A stretch of DNA of 64,000 bases from Ostrea edulis (lineage: Eukaryota), in NCBI RefSeq assembly GCF_947568905.1, contig NC_079169.1, forward strand, positions 49,724,001 through 49,788,000. The letters run 5' to 3'. Positions 57,301 through 63,300 of the stretch are shown piece by piece. Below the pieces are notes generated by a model. That model was not told the origin of the DNA, ran no database searches, and saw nothing but the letters and a program-made list of their open reading frames with translations. Position numbers and translations under genes: made by a program. The first letter of the stretch is position 1. Each line of letters begins with the position of its first letter.

Positions 57301-60300
57301 TGTTGCATTGGTTGACGATATGAATTGTATTACATTATGCACGAAGGAGCACTATTCAGTGGTAGAAATTGCAGAAACAGTTATTGTTTTATTCATGCCT
57401 TGCTGATTGTTGTAGATATCGATGAATGTGTTGACCAACCTTGTGAGAACAATGGAACATGCGTGGATCTCATCAATGGTTACGAATGTCAATGTGCGTC
57501 AGGATTGAATGGAACCAACTGCACGCAAAGTAAGGAGATTGTATATAGTGTATACATCAGAAAGGGCACATGTTTTCAAATATGATGCTGGCTATTGACT
57601 ACCTGTAACTTATTTAACGTATTGAGTACGTATCAAATGTTTGCAAATTCACAAAGCGTTTCTTTGGGACTAAATTTTAATCTCTTTTAGTTTATTGCAT
57701 TCGTAAAGCACGTTTGATTTTAAGTTTGTACAAATTATTATGTAAGGAATGAATCACAAAAATTCAAGGAGAAAGTAAAATTATTTCATTTTAAGGAAAT
57801 GGTATATACGTGGACATGTATGTAGTGATAATGGACAAAAACAGTTTTCCCCTCAAAATCTGGTACAAATTACACGCTTTTTGAAATGGAAACATCTTGG
57901 ATTTCTCAACGAAAATTGAAAGTAATCGACACATTCTTGAAGTGGTGTATCTTATTAAATTGACAGACAAATTATGCCCTGGTTTACTTTTTTGTTTGAT
58001 ACTTTTGACATTTTTGCCAAGATTTAAAAAGAAACATCACTGTTTCGCTACACTATGAAACAGTAGAAAGACCTTGACGACATTTAATCGTCGTAAAATA
58101 GTCTTAAAATATACTGACGTCAGTAATTGAAACGCTGTTCTGATGCCTACAGAGTGTATTTCATTGGTGGATTTTATGAATGGTGTTACATTATCCACCA
58201 AGTATTGGGTCAGAGGAAATGCAGAAAGAATTATTCTATATCTATGCCTTGCGCATTGTTGCAGATATCGATGACTGTATTGACCAACCATGCGAGAACA
58301 ATGGAACATGCGTGGATCTCGTCAATGGCTACAAATGTCAATGCGTGGCAGGATTTAATGGAACCAACTGCACAGAAAGTAAGGAGATTGGGTATCAGAA
58401 TGGACACACTTTTTGAAATATGATACTGAATATTGACAAAGGGTGTCTTGGTGATTATTCTTGCTTGGTTTTAATTTTTGGCATCGGTAAATCACGTTTG
58501 ATTTGAAGTCTGTACAAACTATTATTAATAGGAACACAACAATTTAAAAAGAAAAGAACATTATTTCATTTTAATGAAATCGTATACATGTAAATGTACT
58601 GACAACGGATCGAAATAGAGTGTTCCCTCAAAAGATGTTACAAATTGCAGGATTTTTGTTATTTCAATGCCTTGGGTTTCTACAAAAATTGAAAATAATG
58701 AACACATCATTCAATTCGTGTATCTTTTCATGAAAAAAGATCCTTTCTTTGCTGATATAGAATCTATTTCATTTCAGATATAGATGGGTGTGTGGCGGAA
58801 CCTTGTCAGAACAATGGAACATGCATAGATCAAATTAATACCTACGAATGTCAATGTGTTCCGGGATTTAATTGGACTCACTGCGAGAATAGTAAGTTTC
58901 ATCAAAATGCAGTTGAAAATGATTGGCCGAAAACTTGTGTGTTAAGGTGATGTTATTGTACGCTATATCCCACAATTTTCTTTGAAATTCAGATATGGAT
59001 GAATGTGCTGGGGATCCTTGTCAAAACAACGGAACGTGTGTGGACCTTGTAAACAACTACCAGTGTGATTGTGTCCCTGGTTTTGCAGACACAAACTGTT
59101 CAACAAGTAAAGTCTATTTTACCCATCTACATTCAATTTCAATGTCAAATACGCAAGGTTAAGTGAAGTGTTCGTTGGTGGCGTCGGTGACCTAGTGGTT
59201 AGGCTGTCAGACGCGCGACCGAAAGGTCTTGGGTTTGAGTCCTGGCCGTGGCAGGGCCGACGTTTTGTTCTTGGGAAAGGCACTTTACATGAATTTCCTC
59301 ACTCCACCCAAGTGTAAAAGGGGTACCTGGCTATAGACAGTGAAAGATAATGTTAGAATGTTATTGCTCCAGCGCCTTAACGGCACCTTACACTGTATGC
59401 TTCCCAGGAAGCTGAGAAATTTCTAGATTGATACAAGGTCTGCCAGGGTAATAATGTATTGTAAAGCGCTTTGAACAGCTGGAAAAAGCGGTATATAAAA
59501 CCAATCCTCATTATTATTACTGATATCATTATGCTATTTTGTAATATTCGTAGATATCGATGAGTGTTCTGACGGACCATGCCAGAATGATGGAACCTGT
59601 GTAGACCTCATCAACGATTACCAGTGTGCATGTGTTATGGGATTCAACGGCAAAAACTGTACTGTCGGTGAGTGTGCAAGAACGCAATGCACAAACGGGA
59701 ACTTTTACTCCTGATGAAATAATCCAATACTTCGTTGTTGAAATTAGTCATGAAAAAGTTTTAATCATGACTACGAAGTGTGTTGCATTGGTTGATGATA
59801 TGAATTGTATTACATTATGCACGAAGGAGCACTATTCAGTGGTAGAAATTGCAGAAACAGTTATTGTTTTATTCATGCCTTGCCGATTGTTGTAGATATC
59901 GATGAATGTGTTGACCAACCTTGTGAGAACAATGGAACATGCGTGGATCTCATCAATGGTTACGAATGTCAATGTGCGTCAGGATTGAATGGAACCAACT
60001 GCACGCAAAGTAAGGAGATTGTATATAGTGTATGCATCAGAAAGGGCACATGTTTTCAAATATGATGCTGGCTATTGACTACCTGTAACGTATTTAACGT
60101 ATTGAGTACGTATCAAATGTTTGCAAATTCACAAAGCGTTTCTTTGGGACTAAATTTTAATCTCTTTTAGTTTATTGCATTCGTAAAGCACGTTTGATTT
60201 TAAGTTTGTACAAATTATTATTGTAAGGAATGAATCACAAAAATTCAAGGAGAAAGTAAAATTATTTCATTTTAAGGAAATGGTATATACGTGGACATGT

Positions 60301-63300
60301 ATGTAGTGATAATGGACAAAAACAGTTTTTCCCTCAAAATCTGGTACAAATTACACGCTTTTTGAAATGGAAACATCTTGGATTTCTCAACGAAAATTGA
60401 AAGTAATCGACACATTCTTGAAGTGGTGTATCTTATTAAATTGACAGACAAATTATGCCCTGGTTTACTTTTTTGTTTGATACTTTTGACATTTTTGCCA
60501 AGATTTAAAAAGAAACATCACTGTTTCGCTACACTATGAAACAGTAGAAAGACCTTGACGACATTTAATCGTCGTAAAATAGTCTTAAAATATACTGACG
60601 TCAGTAATTGAAACGCTGTTCTGATGCCTACAGAGTGTATTTCATTGGTTGATTTTATGAATGGTGTTACATTATCCACCAAGTATTGGGTCAGAGGAAA
60701 TGCAGAAAGAATTATTCTATATCTATGCCCTGCGCATTGTTGCAGATATCGATGACTGTATTGACCAACCATGCGAGAACAATGGAACATGCGTGGATCT
60801 CATCAATGGCTACAAATGTCAATGCGTGGCAGGATTTAATGGAACCAACTGCACAGAAAGTAAGGAGATTGGGTATCAGAATGGACACACTTTTTGAAAT
60901 ATGATACTGAATATTGACAAAGGGTTTCTTGGTGATTATTCTTGCTTGGTTTTAATTTTTGGCATTGGTAAATCACGTTTGATTTGAAGTCTGTACAAAC
61001 TATTATTAATAGGAACACAACAATTTAAAAAGAAAAGAACATTATTTCATTTTAATGAAATCGTATAAATGTACTGACAACGGATCGAAATAGAGTGTTC
61101 CCTCAAAAGATGTTACAAATTGCAGGATTTTTGTTATTTCAATGCCTTGGGTTTCTACAAAAATTGAAAATAATGAACACATCATTCAATTCGTGTATCT
61201 TTTCATGAAAAAAGATCCTTTCTTTGCTGATATAGAATCTATTTCATTTCAGATATAGATGGGTGTGTGGCGGAACCTTGTCAGAACAATGGAACATGCA
61301 TAGATCAAATTAATACCTACGAATGTCAATGTGTTCCGGGATTTAATTGGACTCACTGCGAGAATAGTAAGTTTCATCAAAATGCAGTTGAAAATGATTG
61401 GCCGAAAACTTGTGTGTTAAGGTGATGTTATTGTACGCTATATCCCACAATTTTCTTTGAAATTCAGATATGGATGAATGTGCTGGGGATCCTTGTCAAA
61501 ACAACGGAACGTGTGTGGACCTTGTAAACAACTACCAGTGTGATTGTGTCCCTGGTTTTGCAGACACAAACTGTTCAACAAGTAAAGTCTATTTTACCCA
61601 TCTACATTCAATTTCAATGTCAAATACGCAAGGTTAAGTGAAGTGTTCGTTGGTGGCGTCGGTGACCTAGTGGTTAGGCTGTCAGACGCGCGACCGAAAG
61701 GTCTTGGGTTGGAGTCCTGGCCGTGGCAGGGCCGACGTTTTGTTCTTGGGAAAGGCACTTTACATGAATTTCCTCACTCCACCCAAGTGTAAAAGGGGTA
61801 CCTGGCTATAGACAGTAAAAGATAATGTTAGAATGTTATTGCTCCAGCGCCTTAACGGCACCTTACACTGTATGCTTCCCAGGAAGCTGAGAAATTTCTA
61901 GATTGATACAAGGTCTGCCAGGGTAATAATGTATTGTAAAGCGCTTTGAACAGCTGGAAAAAGCGCTATATAAAACCAATCCTCATTATTATTACTGATA
62001 TCATTATGCTATTTTGTAATATTCGTAGATATCGATGAGTGTTCTGACGGACCATGCCAGAATGATGGAACCTGTGTAGACCTCATCAACGATTACCAGT
62101 GTGCATGTGTTATGGGATTCAACGGCAAAAACTGTACTGTCGGTGAGTGTGCAAGAACGCAATGCACAAACGGGAACTTTTACTCCTGATGAAATAATCC
62201 AATACTTCGTTGTTGAAATTAGTCATGAAAAAGTTTTAATCATGACTACGAAGTGTGTTGCATTGGTTGACGATATGAATTGTATTACATTATGCACGAA
62301 GGAGCACTATTCAGTGGTAGAAATTGCAGAAACAGTTATTGTTTTATTCATGCCTTGCTGATTGTTGTAGATATCGATGAATGTGTTGACCAACCTTGTG
62401 AGAACAATGGAACATGCGTGGATCTCATCAATGGTTACGAATGTCAATGTGCGTCAGGATTGAATGGAACCAACTGCACGCAAAGTAAGGAGATTGTATA
62501 TAGTGTATGCATCAGAAAGGGCACATGTTTTCAAATATGATGCTGGCTATTGACTACCTGTAACGTATTTAACGTATTGAGTACGTATCAAATGTTTGCA
62601 AATTCACAAAGCGTTTCTTTGGGACTAAATTTTAATCTCTTTTAGTTTATTGCATTCGTAAAGCACGTTTGATTTTAAGTTTGTACAAATTATTATTGTA
62701 AGGAATGAATCACAAAAATTCAAGGAGAAAGTAAAATTATTTCATTTTAAGGAAATGGTATATACGTGGACATGTATGTAGTGATAATGGACAAAAACAG
62801 TTTTCCCCTCAAAATCTGGTACAAATTACACGCTTTTTGAAATGGAAACATCTTGGATTTCTCAACGAAAATTGAAAGTAATCGACACATTCTTGAAGTG
62901 GTGTATCTTATTAAATTGACAGACAAATTATGCCCTGGTTTACTTTTTTGTTTGATACTTTTGACATTTTTGCCAAGATTTAAAAAGAAACATCACTGTT
63001 TCGCTACACTATGAAACAGTAGAAAGACCTTTACGAGATTTAATCGTCGTAAAATAGTCTTAAAATATACTGACGTCAGTAATTGAAACGCTGTTCTGAT
63101 GCCTACAGAGTGTATTTCATTGGTTGATTTTATGAATGGTGTTACATTATCCACCAAGTATTGGGTCAGAGGAAATGCAGAAAGAATTATTCTATATCTA
63201 TGCCCTGCGCATTGTTGCAGATATCGATGACTGTATTGACCAACCATGCGAGAACAATGGAACATGCGTGGATCTCATCAATGGCTACAAATGTCAATGC

